NCBI GenBank assembly: GCA_023213395.1
Contig: CM041465.1
Coordinates: 192,455,741 to 192,519,740, forward strand
Direction: 5' to 3'
Length of the DNA stretch: 64,000 nucleotides
Source: Cycas panzhihuaensis
Lineage: Eukaryota; Plantae; Cycadophyta
This document shows, piece by piece, positions 13,345 to 26,989 of this stretch. Within the stretch, counting starts at the first letter, position 1; the number at the start of each line of letters is the position of its first letter. The position numbers and the translations under genes are program-made. The notes below the pieces were generated by a model. The model ran no database searches. It saw only the letters and a list, made by a program, of their open reading frames with translations, and was not told the origin of the DNA.

Positions 13345-14698
13345 ATGTACTTCTAATTGTAATGTAAATGCAAGTCACTTTAGTAACATAATGTTATAAA
13401 GTGCAAATGTACCTTATGTTGTAACTTAAAGTTGTAATTTCTAGTTGAGGAGTTGAAAGCCCACTTTCATCAATGTGAACATGTGTGACACTTGATCACC
13501 ATGTAAATAATTTCTCATGCATATATGCCACTTGTCCACCATGCATGATCACTATATTTTCTATATATTGAAAACCTCTCTTGGCAATTATACAATGGAT
13601 TATTAAGAGGGTTTATGTTGTATAAGCTTAGTTTGTGCTAATGAAAGGTTGTTTTCGAGTATGAACATAATTTCTACCCCTCCAAATTTTGATGTTTTGA
13701 TCATGATTATGTGATGGCGATTATTTATTTGTAGTGATTCAAATCCTGATTGAGAAGATAGAAAATCTATTCTCTCTCATTTGGTATCAAAGCAAACTAT
13801 TTTTTCACATATTTCAATGAATTTTCACTACATTTTTTCACTGTTTTTTGCTAACACTCCTCACAAAACTATGGTTGGACTATATCAGGCATCTGTTTGC
13901 TTATCCTTCTCCAAATTCAGGGTCTTTCTTCATCACAATCTCCATTTTATATGTACGACTATCATGACTGTTACATTTTGGTTGTGCAACCAAAAAAGTT
14001 GTTTCGGCTCATTTCTCCATAAAAAATTCTCCAAATCAATTATGTTGACCTTTGAGCATCATCACAGTCCTATTTCATCCTTGTTTATAGCTTCAATCAA
14101 TCAAAACAAAGTATTTTTAGCCATACCTAATTCACGTTGGCCATGCGACCATTTTTCTTAATCGATTGATTGTTCTTTGTTTGTAGCTAACAAAACCCTA
14201 TAATATGACCACTTAAAAGAATCCCCTTGTCATGCTCTTTTCAAATCCAAGGTCAGTTTTGTGTTCCAATACTTTAGTAGAGAGAAATCATCTCTCAAAG
14301 CTCAAAAAAATAGCCCCTATTCAATCGCGCAAATCAAATTTTTAATTCTCTATAGGTTTTTAACTTTATGTTATGTACTTTCAAATAGTCTTAGAATATT
14401 CATTTTTCAATATTTGTTTATAAATAAAATTACATTATTTCATCATTTTTAAACCTTTTTTAAAACCCGTTTTTAATATGTTTTCAATTGTTTTTTAACA
14501 TTTTTGAAACCCTAGCTTTATATTTTGACATTTTAATTTTAAAATATATTTTCAAATTTAAAAAATATAAAAATTTTATTTTTTTAAAGCTATTTTTAAC
14601 TTTATTTAATTTTTTTTCTTTTTTGAAAATTAAAAAAGAAAAGTTAATTAACATATTTTAACTTGAAACATTAAAAAAGATAACTTCCAAATTAATTT

Positions 14699-15134
14699 CG
14701 AGACTATACTAGTCTTGTAAGGGGAACGGTTAGGACCTCTAAAATTAACCACTCCCGCACATGTGAGTTGTATGCGCCTAGACAAACAAGCCAGGAGACA
14801 ACTCACTATCAGGTATATTAAGTGACAGGTTGAGGTATAAACCCACAAACTTGGTGTTTGGAGACTAGGCTAGACCCGGAGAGGGTGAGTGCCTTAGTTG
14901 TTAAGTGTTTCTTTAGACAAGGACTTGATCGTTAAGGTCGTAAATTTGGCATGGGTGGATCCACAGTGTCATGGGGGCGACAGAGCCTTCTAATTCTCTC
15001 ATACCTTCGGGTATGTAGAGCTCCTAAATTGCCACCTACAAGCAAGTTGCCAATCAGACAAGACCATCTCAACTACCAGGGGTTATTAGGCAAGAAGACA
15101 GAGAGACTTTTGATACTAGATTAGTAAAACTCTC
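14699..15134 (+). other. GC-elevated multi-hairpin island in the Copia B leader
   Basis: Stems AGACTA/TAGTCT (14701-14715), GTGAGTTGT/ACAACTCAC (14763-14806), CATACC-TTCG-GGTATG (15000-15015) and GAGAG/CTCTC (about 15102-15134). Ends about 45 nt before the gag ATG at 15179. Confidence 0.55.
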
Positions 15135-17538
15135 TAAATAAATAGGACATTGTTGGCAACTATGCTTATTCAATAATCATGGATCTAAAGATGGTTGCAG
15201 CTAATACCGTCAAATTATCTAGCAGTGATAATTTTTTGGCTTGGAAGAAACAATTCAAAAACATGTAAAGAACAAATTGTTGATGCATGTTTCCCACTGC
15301 CATCATACTAATTGATCCTATTAGCCTTGCCACATTTAATGAAAATGATGCAGTCACACTTTCCCTCTTACATCTCTCTTGTGAAAAAATGTCGACCAAA
15401 ACATTAAAACGACTACCACCTCTATTAAAGCATAGAACATAATCTACTCTCTATATAAGAGAAAAAAACAATGCACAAGCGATCATGTTTAAAGCCCGAT
15501 TGTATTTCATTCCTTATGCCGGCTCTGTTGAGGCCCATTTGACCCAAATTAAAGCATTAAGGAACCAATTAACTACTCTTGGTCAACCACCTGCAAACAG
15601 TGATCTGGTGTCATCCATTGTCAATGTATTACTTGCTAGTTTTAACTCCCTTATTTCTAACATGTCCCAATCTAATCACCTTGCCACATTGAAATTCAAT
15701 GCCTTTGAGGGACTCTGGTTGCATGATAAATGTATCTTAAATAGACTTAGAGATCCCTTGTTCTCCCTCATCGACCCTTGCTTTAGCTATGCGTCATAAA
15801 GAAAGACAATAAAGGCCAAATTTGAACCAGTAGTTCGATGCAATGAATTTGAACTAACATCAGCCACGTTAGCCGCATACAAATCAAATAGTCTGTCACT
15901 ATTGTGGAAAACTCAGCTACACAACACTAGAATGTAGGAAAAAGAGTGCCAACCAACAACATCAACAACAACAAAATCACCCCTCAAATCAAGGAAATTT
16001 TAACCATGGCCTCAACAACTTCAAGGAAACAAAAGACTGAACCAAAATATATAAAACACCAATCAGGGCCATGTACAAAAACAAAACTACAACCAAAGGA
16101 GGAGTTAAAATCAAGGAGGCCACACTATTAATTCCTAGACTTTGTTCTATGCTGCTTCTGCAACACACACCACTGATAAATACTAGTTGATAAATTCTAG
16201 AGCCTCTCGACACATGATCGGTTCTGACAACTTGCTTACAAACACCGTGCTAGTGAAAAATTAAGCAATGACATTCAATGATGATGCAGTACTTGAAATT
16301 GCCAAGATTGGCAATGCTCCCATTTCATAAACAAATTCAGATATCAAACATCACCTAAATAATGTTTTCTATATACCTGGGATGACAAGAAATTTGTTAT
16401 CCGTTACTCAAATTAATAAGCAAAAGTTTGATGTGCTCTTTAGCCACCTTGGTAAATGCCTCATCAATGATGTTAATGGCAATGTGAATGCAACTGGATA
16501 TGAGGATCATGGGCTTTACAAGCTAGATGCCACATTGACACCTACATTTTTGCATGAGGATCCTGACACTTACAATAACTCTGTTTCAGCTTTTAAAGAC
16601 CAAGTTGCACCTATTTCTCAGGCACTCTCCAAAGATCAATTATGGCATCAATGCCTTGGTCACCTGAATATGAATAGTCTTCAACTGCTATTCAAACTAA
16701 ACATGGTGCATGAGTTGCCACGAATTAAACAGACTAAATGTTTTTGTGAATCTTGCATTATGGAAAAACATCACAGAGCACCCTTCAAATCCAATGGCAA
16801 AGTTTGTTGTGCCAAGGAACCATTAGGCCTTGTTCACTTGGACATTTGTGGACCCATTTCACAAGGTTCAATTAATGGTTTGTCGCTTTTTCATAGCCTT
16901 CATTGATGATTTTTCCCGCAAGGTCGGGGCCTACTTCCTAAAGGAAAAATCATATGCTTTTGAGAAATTTAAAGAATTCAAAACAAGAGCTAAACTAGAA
17001 TCCAACATGCCACTCAAAATCCTTCACTATGACAATGGCGGTGAATATACTTCAAAAGAATTCACCCAATTTTGTAAAAATAATGGCATGAAGTGGCAAT
17101 TCTTTGCCCCATACACTCCTCAGCAAAATGAAGTTGTTGAGAGTATGAATTGGACCTTGGTCAGTAAAGGCAAGGCCATGCTTACCGTTAAAAATCTTGG
17201 ACTTCATTTCTGGGCCGAAGCAATCAACACGACTACATATCTTACCAATAGGAGTCCAACCAAGGCAACCCAAGGAGGCTTGATGCACAACATATATGTA
17301 CATTCTAAACGAACAAAGGAAAAAACTAGATGACAAAAACGAGAAGTGCATCTTCATTGGATATATGCCTGAACGTAAAGCTTACAAACTATATGATCCT
17401 GCTACATGGCAATTGCATACTTCTTGAGATGTCATTTTTTCTAAATAGAATCAGGAATTAGATCCACAACAAATTTCATTTCCTATTGATCAGAACAACT
17501 CTACAACAACTACTAGTTCTCCTCTAGCTATTGAAAAT

Positions 17539-20500
17539 TGTTAGAGATAATGTTTTACCTAAGACCTTTATGTTATAGGACATATAATACTTGTTCTCTT
17601 TATTGTAATAATGAGGGTCATGTATCATTCCCTCTTTAATCTCATAATGACAAGTGGCAGAACCACATTGAGTGGTTGCCAATGTCCTATACAGATTGTA
17701 ACATATTTATAGAGGAACAATCCTCATTAATGAAATGACTTGAATTCTTCTTACATGGTAACAGAGCGAGAAAAATTGTCTGGTTGAGGATTGTTTCTTT
17801 GTCCAAATTTGAACAAGAAGGCGATTGGTGTTTTGAGACAAATCATCAAAAATTAGTCTGATGAACTAAATCTCAAGAAGAGATCAATCAATCTGAAGAG
17901 CAAATCATTTTAGAAGGCAAAACAACTAAAGGACCATTGTATTGAGGCTGTACAGACATTGTGCAGACTATACAGATGAAAAAAATTAAAGTGCTTGAAT
18001 TGCTCTCAAATTTCACCAAAAAGGTCGCAGGAGTGTGGCTGTTATTTCTCTCCAAAGGCACGATTGCATTTGAAGCCGTTTTCAAGGAGTTTTGACTAAT
18101 TTTTTCAGAGGCGCAAGTTTGTGGAGATTTCTGCATTTTTTTTTCAAGACGATCGAATTAATCTAGGTAATACTTATATCAAATTGATCCTCTTTTCAAT
18201 ATGGATGTTTTAAGACCAATTTCAAAGTCAGTATTGAAGAATATTTTTTGTTTGAAATGTTTCACTTTAAACCCTAGCTGCCATTTAGGGTTTCTTTCTC
18301 TTTTTCTAAGCAAGCCAGACATTTTTTTGGAAAAGTGACCACAGATCCAAAGTCCTTGCATCGAGCACTTCATTTTTTACCCCTATTTTTTGAAACCTGC
18401 ACACTTGCAAAAATCCATACATTTCTATATAGTGTACAATCGTATAGTCCTGATTTCTTCAATCCTTCTCTTTGCAATAAACAAATTAATCATGCCCTCC
18501 TCTGTTGTAGCCCTACTAGAAGCAGATAAGTTAACTCAAACCAATTTAAGCCTCTAGAAGATCAAAATTGAAGGACTCTTAAGAGCTAAACATGCCTAAA
18601 AAATCACAACTAGAGAAGAAAAATAGCCCACAGATATAGTAGATTTGTTGAATTGGGAAGAAAGAAATAATAATGTTGTAGTCTTTCTTAAGCTCTCAAT
18701 TTCAGATTCCCTTTTAACATATGTTGATGGCATTGAAAGTTCTTCTGAAATTTGGAAAATAATGTCCTCCATATTTAATCGAAAAAATGAGACTACAATA
18801 ATTGCTCTTAGAAAAGAATTATGCAAACTCAAGATGAGAGAGTGCCAGCCAATCTCAGATTTCATTACCAAGTTGACCAATGTCAAAAATGCAATTCTCA
18901 CGACAAAAGACAAAATAACCGATACCAAACTAGTGCATCTTGTACTTAATAAGTTACCTAAATCATATGAAAACATGGCCAACATTTTAATAGGTGGAGG
19001 ACAAATAGCAACAATGACCCTTGATGCCCTCATAGGTCACATGTTGAGTCAAAAGCAAAGAAACCAAAGGTATGAAGAAGATGCAGAGATGGAAAAAGCA
19101 CTCGTCTCCAAATTGAATTTAGGAGGCAAGGGACGAGGTCAATACAATTTTAGAGCACGTGGCAGAATATCAACTAGGAATAGCGGTCGTTGGACAGAAG
19201 GAAGAGGGAGAGCAAGATCCACTCCTCCACGAGATTCAAGAGTCTACTTCAATTGTGAAAAACTAGGTCACTTCTCAAGCAACTACAGAGCTTTTGACGT
19301 CTGTTATCACTACAGGCAAATTGGACACTAACCATATCAATACTATCAAAGACGAGCAAAAATTTAAAGAGGGAAGCAAATCTCAAGAAATTACAGTAAG
19401 GAGTAAGACACAACAGAAGACAAAGTTGAAACTATGTTTGTAGCCACCCTAGCCACCAACAGTAGAGCAACAGAAGATCGATATGTCAATTCAGGAGCCT
19501 CCAATCACATGACCAAAGTCAAGGAATGGCTTAAAACTCAGAAACCATATAATTCTAATAAACCTGTGGAGCTAGGAGACAACTTTCCTCTTCATATAAA
19601 AGGAATAAGGCTAATAGCTGTAAGTATAGAAATTGATGGAAAGATTCAAAGAATAGGCAATGTTCTCTTTGTACCAGGGATGAAAAAAAATCTTCTGCTA
19701 GTGTCTCAGTTAAGTGAAAAGAAGTTAAAAACCATATTTGATGAAAATAATCACTACCACATCTTAGATATGAAGAAAAACGACATTGTAATAGCTGAAG
19801 GAGTAAAATGCAATAGACTCTACAAATTGCTTTCCACTCTTGTTCTGCCTGATAAAGGGTCGACCACACCTATATCTTATGTAAATTCACTTGCAATAGC
19901 AAGTAACATTGTTAATGAAATGTGGCATTTGAAATATGGACACATCTCACATGATAGGTTAGAAAGATTAAAAAATTCAAGAATGGTGAATGGTTTACCA
20001 AATATTTCTTTTAATTTGTTTGTATGCAAAAGTTGCATGATGGGTAAACATCTTACGACTCCTTTCACAAAAAGTACATGGCAAGCATAGAATAGGCAAG
20101 ATCTAGTCCATATTGATCTATGTGGTCCCATTACACCTAACTCAATAAATGGCAGACGATACTTTCTAACCTTCATTGATGACTTCTCCAAAAAAACATG
20201 GGTGCATTTTCTATTCAGCAAAACAGAAGTGTTTGATTACTTTAAATAATTCAAAGCAGAAGTAGAACTAGAAAGTAATTAAAAAATCAAATGTGCTCAT
20301 TCTAACGGAGGAGGAGAGTATGTGTCCAAGGATTTTTTTCAGTTTTGTAAACTTCATGGAATTCGTAGACAAGTTACTACTCCCTACATGCTTCATTCAA
20401 ACAGTGTGGCAGAAAGAATGGACATAACTATTTTAGAAATGGCATGATGTTTGGTACATGACAAGCAAATCGCAAAAAAAATATTGGGCAGAAGCAGTAA

Positions 20501-22847
20501 ACATTGTCGCCTATCTAACTAATAGGAGCCCAACTCGAGCTTTGGGCAAAGTAACACCTAAAGAAACATGGACCAAATAGAAGCCAGATGTAAGTCATCT
20601 CAAAGTGTTTAGTTGTAAAGCATATTTGCACATTCCATATAAAAAAAGAACTAAATTGGATAATAAAAGCATAGAGTGCATAATGGTAGGATACAACAAT
20701 CACTCAAAGGAATACAAATGCATTGACCCGAAAACCAAGAAGCTCTATGTAAGTTGAGACGTAGTATTCGATAAAGGCATAGACTGTATCAAAACAATAT
20801 GTCAGGAGATAAGACAAAACAACTGATAATGATGGAAAAATGAATACAATTCAGCCAGATGAAGATCAAAACAACCATAGAAAGTGTAGATTCTAGAAAT
20901 GAGATCCTTGAAGAAGAGTTGTCTGACAATAATCAGATGAATAGCTCCTCCACAACAAAAGAGGATCAATACAAGAACAAAGTTCTAAGAAGATGCCAGA
21001 ATGGTATCTTAAAACTCTTGAAGAAGCAAAAGTAGAAGTATATGAACATAAAACAATGTCTCAAAGGCCACAAGCACTAATTTATTCCATTAAACCCAAC
21101 ACATTTGAAGAAGCTAGTCAACTTCAAGCATGGAGAATAGCCATGGATGTTGAAACGACAACAATTTCTAGAAATGGAACTTGGGAATTAGTTGAACCTC
21201 CTAAAGACAAACCCATTGTAAATTGTAAATGGGTATATAAAGTGAAAGAAAAAACAAATGGTGAGGTTGAAAAGTACAAAGCAAGATTGGTGGCAAAAGG
21301 ATATAGACAAACAACTATAATAGATTACAAAGAAACATTCTCATCAGTGGCAAAATTAAACACTGTGAGAATAGTTATTGCAATAGCTGTCCAACAAGGA
21401 TGGAAATTTATCAGCTAGATGTGAAAAGTGCATTTCTAAATGGGGATCTTCAAGAGGAGGTTTACATGCACCAACCAGAAGGCTATATCAAATCTGGACA
21501 AGAGAGACTAGTCTGCAAACTGAAGAAAGCATTGTATAGGCTCAAGCAAGCACCACGAACTCGGTATGCTAAATTGGATAAATATTTCATTCAAAATGAC
21601 TTTCACAAATGCAAGTCTGACCACAGCCTATATGTAAAATTTAACAAAGGACTAGTCTCAATTGTAGTCATATATGTAGATGACATGTTGGTTATATGAA
21701 GCGACACAGAAGCAATTTCCTTCATAAAAAAGCAGTTAGAATTTTTTTTTGAAATGATAGATCTTGGAACACTACATTATTATTTGAGAATTAAAGCTAC
21801 ACAGCAAAATAGTTCTATTGTTCTATCTCAATCAAAATATGTCAAAAATATTCTAAAAAGGTTCAACATGGAAAATTGCAACAATGTTGCCACACCCATG
21901 GAGACTGGTTGTGTATCAGATCTTGATCCATAAGGACAACCTGTTGATGCAACTATATACAAACAGTTGGCCGAAAGTCTGATCTACCTCACTGCTACTA
22001 GACCAGACATTTCTTATTCAGTTGGAGTAATTTCCAAGTTTATGCAGGATCCAAAAGTATCACATCGGAATGCTAAAAAAAGAATTCTCTAGTATCTGAA
22101 AGTAACAACAAATCTAGGGATAAATTATATGAAAACCAGTGACATGCAGTTAATCGGATTTAGTGATTCATATTGGGAAGTAAACAAAATAGACACGAAG
22201 TCCACATCAGGCTATTGCTTCTACTTAGGGTCAGCTTTAATATCTTAGAGCAGTAAAAGGCAACACAGAATAGCTCTATCATTAACAGAGGTAGAGTACA
22301 AGTCAGCAGTGAATACAACTTGTGAAGCAGTCTAGATCAGACAACTATTGAAGGACTTAGGACAAGAACAAAAGTCACGTACCCAGTTATTTTGCGATAA
22401 ACAAAGCACAATCAAAATGACTAAAAATCCAATACTGCATGCAAGGACTAAGCATATGGAGGTCCACCATCACTTTATTAAAAAAAATGTCCAAAATAAA
22501 GAGAGTGAACTCTTATACTATTCTTCAGGAGATCAACCGGCTGATGTCTTTACAAAACCATTAAGTAAAGACAAGTCTTTTTTTTTTAGAGATAGAGTAG
22601 AAAAAAAATAGATAAAACATTAAAAGAGGGTGTTAGAGGTAATGTTTTATCTAGAAACTTTATGTTATAGGACATATGATACTTGTTCTCTTTATTGTAA
22701 TAATGAGGGTCATATATCATTCCCTCTTTAATCTCATAGTGACAAGTGGCAGAATCACATTGAGTGGTTGCCAATGTCCCATACAGATTGTAACATATTT
22801 ATAGAGGAATTGTCCTCATTAATGAAATGACTTGAATTCTTCTTACA
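17539..22847 (+). mobile_element. Element E: full-length Ty1/Copia (5.3 kb), pseudogenised
   Basis: 217-bp LTRs (17539-17755, 22631-22847) differ at 13 sites. TSD AAAAT; PBS TGGTAACAGAGC at 17756-17767; PPT AAAAGAGGG at 22622-22630. Confidence 0.95.
18520..22611 (+). pseudogene. Copia gag-pol of element E
   Basis: Gag (VLNKLPKSY), degenerate CCHC knuckles, protease NSGASNHM, integrase (HIDLCGP, FIDDFSKK), RT (YQLDVKSAFLNG, YVDDML), RNase H (HARTKHMEVHHHF, ADVFTKPL). In-frame stops throughout. Confidence 0.92.
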
Positions 22848-25800
22848 AAAATGTTCCTCTAATAATTCAACTCCATCCACATCGTACTCTCACAGTTCTT
22901 AATCTGCACCAGGTCCCTCTACTTCTCCATCAATTAATTTAGAAGATCTTCAGGTAGAGGTCACTTCCAAACAATTACCAAAATGGTATATACCTCCTTA
23001 AGCACCGAAAAGGCAATCCAAATATAGGCAATTCACCAAATTTGCCATAATGGCATAGGAGTCATATACTCCTAAACCTTCCACTTTTGAGGAGGCAATC
23101 ACAAACCAAAAGTGGTAGGTTGCAATGAATGAGGAGATGGACTCTATTCTTCATAATGATACTTGGGAGTTGGTTGAGCTACCATCAAGAAAGAACCCAA
23201 TTGATTGTTGTTGGCTCTACAAGACCAAATTTCACATAGACGGCTCCATCCAACGCTATAAAGCTCGCTTGATAGCCAAAGGTTTCAAACTGATTGAGGG
23301 CATTGACTAAGATGAAACATTTGCTCCAGTTGCTAACATGACCTCTGTACGACTTGTTTTGGCACTTGCATCTCAACATCAATGGCATGTTTACCAGATG
23401 CATGTCAAAAGTGCCTTCTTGAATGGCGATTTACAAGAAGAAATATATCTAAGGCAACCTCCGACTATGTTGTTCGTGACAAAAAGCATTTAGTTTACAA
23501 ATTGAAGAAGGCTCTAGATGGCCTCAAACAATCGCCTCGAACATGGTATGCAAAGATTGATGAATATTTTCATAAGCATGGACTTCTTTGCTCATCCTCA
23601 TATCACAATTTGTACATCAAAATTCAAGACAACTTGATTAATCTAGTCATCCTCTATGTTGATAATTTGTTGATAACAAGCAACGACACAATGGATTATA
23701 TATCTCCAAGGGGACCTCAATAGCAGCTTTGAGATGACTGATCTCGAGTTGCTACATTATTTTCTTGGCATGGAGGTCTAGCAACAACCAAGTTGCATCT
23801 TCCTTTCACAGTCTAAATATGCAAGGGAGATATTACAAAAGTTCAAGATGGAGGATTGTAAGCCTTCACCAACTCCAATTGAGACAAAAATCAAGTTGGA
23901 CACTGATGAGCATGGCAAACCTGTTGATCCCACCTTGTATAGACAACTTGTGGGGAGTCTGATCTACGTGACTCATATTCACCCAAACATATCTCATGCA
24001 GTTGGGATTTTCTCCAAGTTCATAATACAGCCCAAGGTTTCACATTGGAATGCAGCCAAGCAAATTTTGAAGTGCCTTCCCGAGTTGCTACAATTTGACA
24101 TTGACTATTGCCAGGTGGACAATCCTTCTTTGGCAAGTTTCACAGATGCTGATTAAGTTGGATGCCGAGATAGTAAAAAATCAACCTCAGGATATCATTT
24201 AAACCTAGGTTCAACAGTTGTTTCGTAGAATTACAAGAAACAACCAAATGTTACCTTGTCATCCATAGAAGTAGAGTATAAAGTTGTGGTCAATGCAACT
24301 ACTAAAGCCATCTGACTCAGAAGGTTTCTTCCCGAGCTTGGTCTCGAACAGACACAGGCCACTCCACTCTTCTATGACAACCAAAATACCTTGAAGATGA
24401 CAAAGAATCCAATTTTCCATGCAAGGATGAAGAATATCGAGGTGCATCATCACTTTATCAAAGAACATATTCAAGATGGTGAGATAGACCTTGTTTACAT
24501 GTTAACTAACAAACAAGTTGTAAACATCTTCACTAAAACACTTGGTAGAGACAAACTCAAGCAATTTTGGCATCATCTCGGTGTTCAAATTAATAAATTC
24601 ATCTTGATGTGCTTTCTAATTGTAGTGTAAATGTGAGTCACTTTAGTAACATAATGTTATAGAGTGCAAATATACCTTAAGTTGTAATTTCTGGTCAAAG
24701 GGCTAAAAGCCCACTTTCACCAATGTAAACATGTGTGACACTTGGTCACCATGCAAACAATTTCTCATGCATGTGTACTGCATGTCCACCATACATGACT
24801 ACTGTACTTTCTATATATTGAGGACCTCTCTTGGAAATTGTACAATAGATTATTTAGAGGGTTTATGTTGTATAAACTTAGTTTATTCTAATAAAAGGTT
24901 GCTTTGGGGTTCGAACATAATGAAAGGTTGTTTTAGGGTTTGAACATAATTTCTGCCTCTCCAATTTTTCATGCTTTAATCATGCTTATGTGATGGTGAT
25001 TATTTATTTGTAGTGATTCAAATCCTAGTTGAGAAGATAGGAAATTTGTTTTCTCTCAATTGAGTGGCGAATCAAATCAACAATCAAAACCTTTGAATTG
25101 TGTCCATAAACCTATCAAACCCTTAATTTTCTCACAACAATAACACTTGCCATAATCTTCATATACTATCACCGCTGACTTCTAAACAACCAAGAATCAA
25201 CATTTAATTGTAACATGCCTTACTACTGTAGAGTACTCATTGGTTTGCATATAGCATAGCATACCTAATTAATTAGCTCAATAACAACATTACAAATCAT
25301 GGCAAGAAATGAATTTTGTGGACTCACCGTAACAACCTTATTACTTAACTTTGAATGTTTAGTATAGGTGCCACATGCAAAAACAAATGTCCACATAAAA
25401 CTCACCAACCAAATTCACAATCTTCACTTCTAACTTATACAAGTTCTTTTACTGACATCCTTATATCATGGTTGCTTCTCCTTATTACTGTAGGATAACC
25501 TTGACTCTTCAATCTTTCCACTATGATCTACTCCATAAGATCAATCATGCTATCTTACTCTAATACCATGTTGAAAATATAGCAAAGTAGATATATTAGA
25601 CACATGAATATATAATAAAGCACATACACATGAGCTGATAATAGATGTAAACAATAAATGAACAAACTAAAGAATGAAGTATGTACATACACAAAAGACA
25701 ATAAAGCTTATGGGAAATGATCATCTCCAATTATTGCATTATAGTACAAGTCACCTCATACTTATCCAATCACATGTAAGAACCCTTATGTCCACCTATG

Positions 25801-26325
25801 GGGCATTTACATGAATAGGTGTGCACCACCTTCCACACAACTTAATATATCCTAATTTAATATTCCTATGAGAGAGTTAAGAGGGGCTCCTTAACATTAG
25901 CAATAACTAAATTAAACATTATCTCTAATAGCTATGTTATCAGGCGATTTCAAGACGTCCGTGGGCTGAGCAACAATCAACGTTGGTTCCATTGCTAAAT
26001 CGTTAGAGTAGGAAAGAGCCTAAAGACTCGAAGGCATGTGAAAATGTTTGATCAAAGACCAAAAGACCCTAACTATCATCCTAATGGTGTCTTTTAACTA
26101 AACCACGACAGACAAGGGACTTTTTAATGCCGCATAAGCAGCCCTTGGCCAAGGAAGCACCAAAATCAAGTCATCAAAGGGTGATACTTTGGTCAAAAGA
26201 AAGGATAGTAAGGCAAGTGCATAAGAGAAGCACGTCATTAAGGACGACTAAGGAGAAGTCCATTAAGAAATTAAACGGAAGTGAAATGGGAACACCCCAA
26301 GCAACCATAAGTGAAGGAGGCACTA

Positions 26326-26629
26326 AGCCCCATGGAGTTGGGTGGATTGGTAAGATGTGGCAATTACCAGGGAGAGACCCAGGTTCAAAACTCATGAGTG
26401 CAAATCGCTTCACAGGGAAGTAGTTTGACCAGCGTCCGCTGCTGCAAAGAAAGTAGTCCGACCGAAGTTCATTGAGTGTGCGCCAACTGTAAGATGGCGG
26501 TATGAACTCTAAGCGTGGCCAGTACAAAGGCAGTACAAAAACCTAGATCTCGGGGATCCCCCTTACTTCGAAACTTTGAACCAAGGGTGGATAGAGGTTC
26601 TTCTCTAGATATCAAAAAAAAAAAACCAA
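26326..26629 (+). mobile_element. tRNA-derived SINE (about 300 bp) with poly(A) tail and 12-bp TSD
   Basis: TSD AAGGAGGCACTA at 26314-26325 and 26630-26641. tRNA-like head with A-box-like TGGATTGG and B-box-like GGTTCAAAACTC. Ends TATC plus A12. Confidence 0.85.
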
Positions 26630-26989
26630 AAGGAGGCACTACGGTAGAGGAAACTATGCCCAACATATCTAACCCAAACGGGATCTTGGCAAGAAGTGAG
26701 AAATTTTACCTAAAAGAAAGCCAGTGATGAGGAATAAGCAAAAGAAGGTCCCAAGACAAACTTGGAAAACTACTTTACTAGGAAATTATTCAATACACCA
26801 ACTAAGCCAAGTGAGAGTTCATTCGTGATTAAAACACCATTAGAAATTCAAATTCCAAGGGGGGAATTGTTCAAGTGAAAGGCCCTACAAACAACCCATT
26901 GTTCAAGGAGACGAATGAAACAACACCAAAGGAAGGGTTGTCACCTAAAATTGACATAACAAGAGGAAGAGTATTGACAGTAGGGACTC

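Larger units (their letters stand above)
15179..24630 (+). pseudogene. Copia gag-pol of element B (gag, zinc knuckle, protease, integrase, RT, RNase H), split by E
   Basis: Motifs LWHQCLGHLN, LVHLDICGP, FIDDFSRK, DNGGEYTS, YTPQQNEV, WELVELP, RYKARLIAKG, LYVDNLLI, NPIFHARMKNIEVHHHF, with many stops and frameshifts. Confidence 0.9.
9333..25058 (+). mobile_element. Element B: degenerate full-length Ty1/Copia, interrupted by A and E
   Basis: TSD ATTGA (9328-9332, 25059-25063). 5' LTR 9333-9363 plus 13345-13779; 3' LTR about 24607-25058 (start and PPT deleted). PBS TGGTATCAAAGC at 13782-13793. LTRs about 87% identical. Confidence 0.85.
7724..25930 (-). mobile_element. Element D: non-autonomous LTR retroelement (LTRs 7724-8129 and 25569-25930) hosting nested insertions
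   Basis: LTRs about 90% identical. GCTAT at 7719-7723 and 25931-25935. PBS complement CTCTAATACCA at 25558-25568. Leader 25340-25568 resembles the leader of F. PPT missing next to the left LTR. Confidence 0.7.

Noticed and set aside
17858-17923. CTGATGA and CTGAAGAGC...GCAAAAC in the E leader as a possible retrozyme hammerhead
   Set aside because: No credible stem II pairing and no flanking stems.
23902-23921. CTGATGAGCATGGCAAAC, resembling a hammerhead ribozyme core
   Set aside because: Lies in Copia RT coding sequence (TDEHGK), lacks GAAA, and has no stems I or III.
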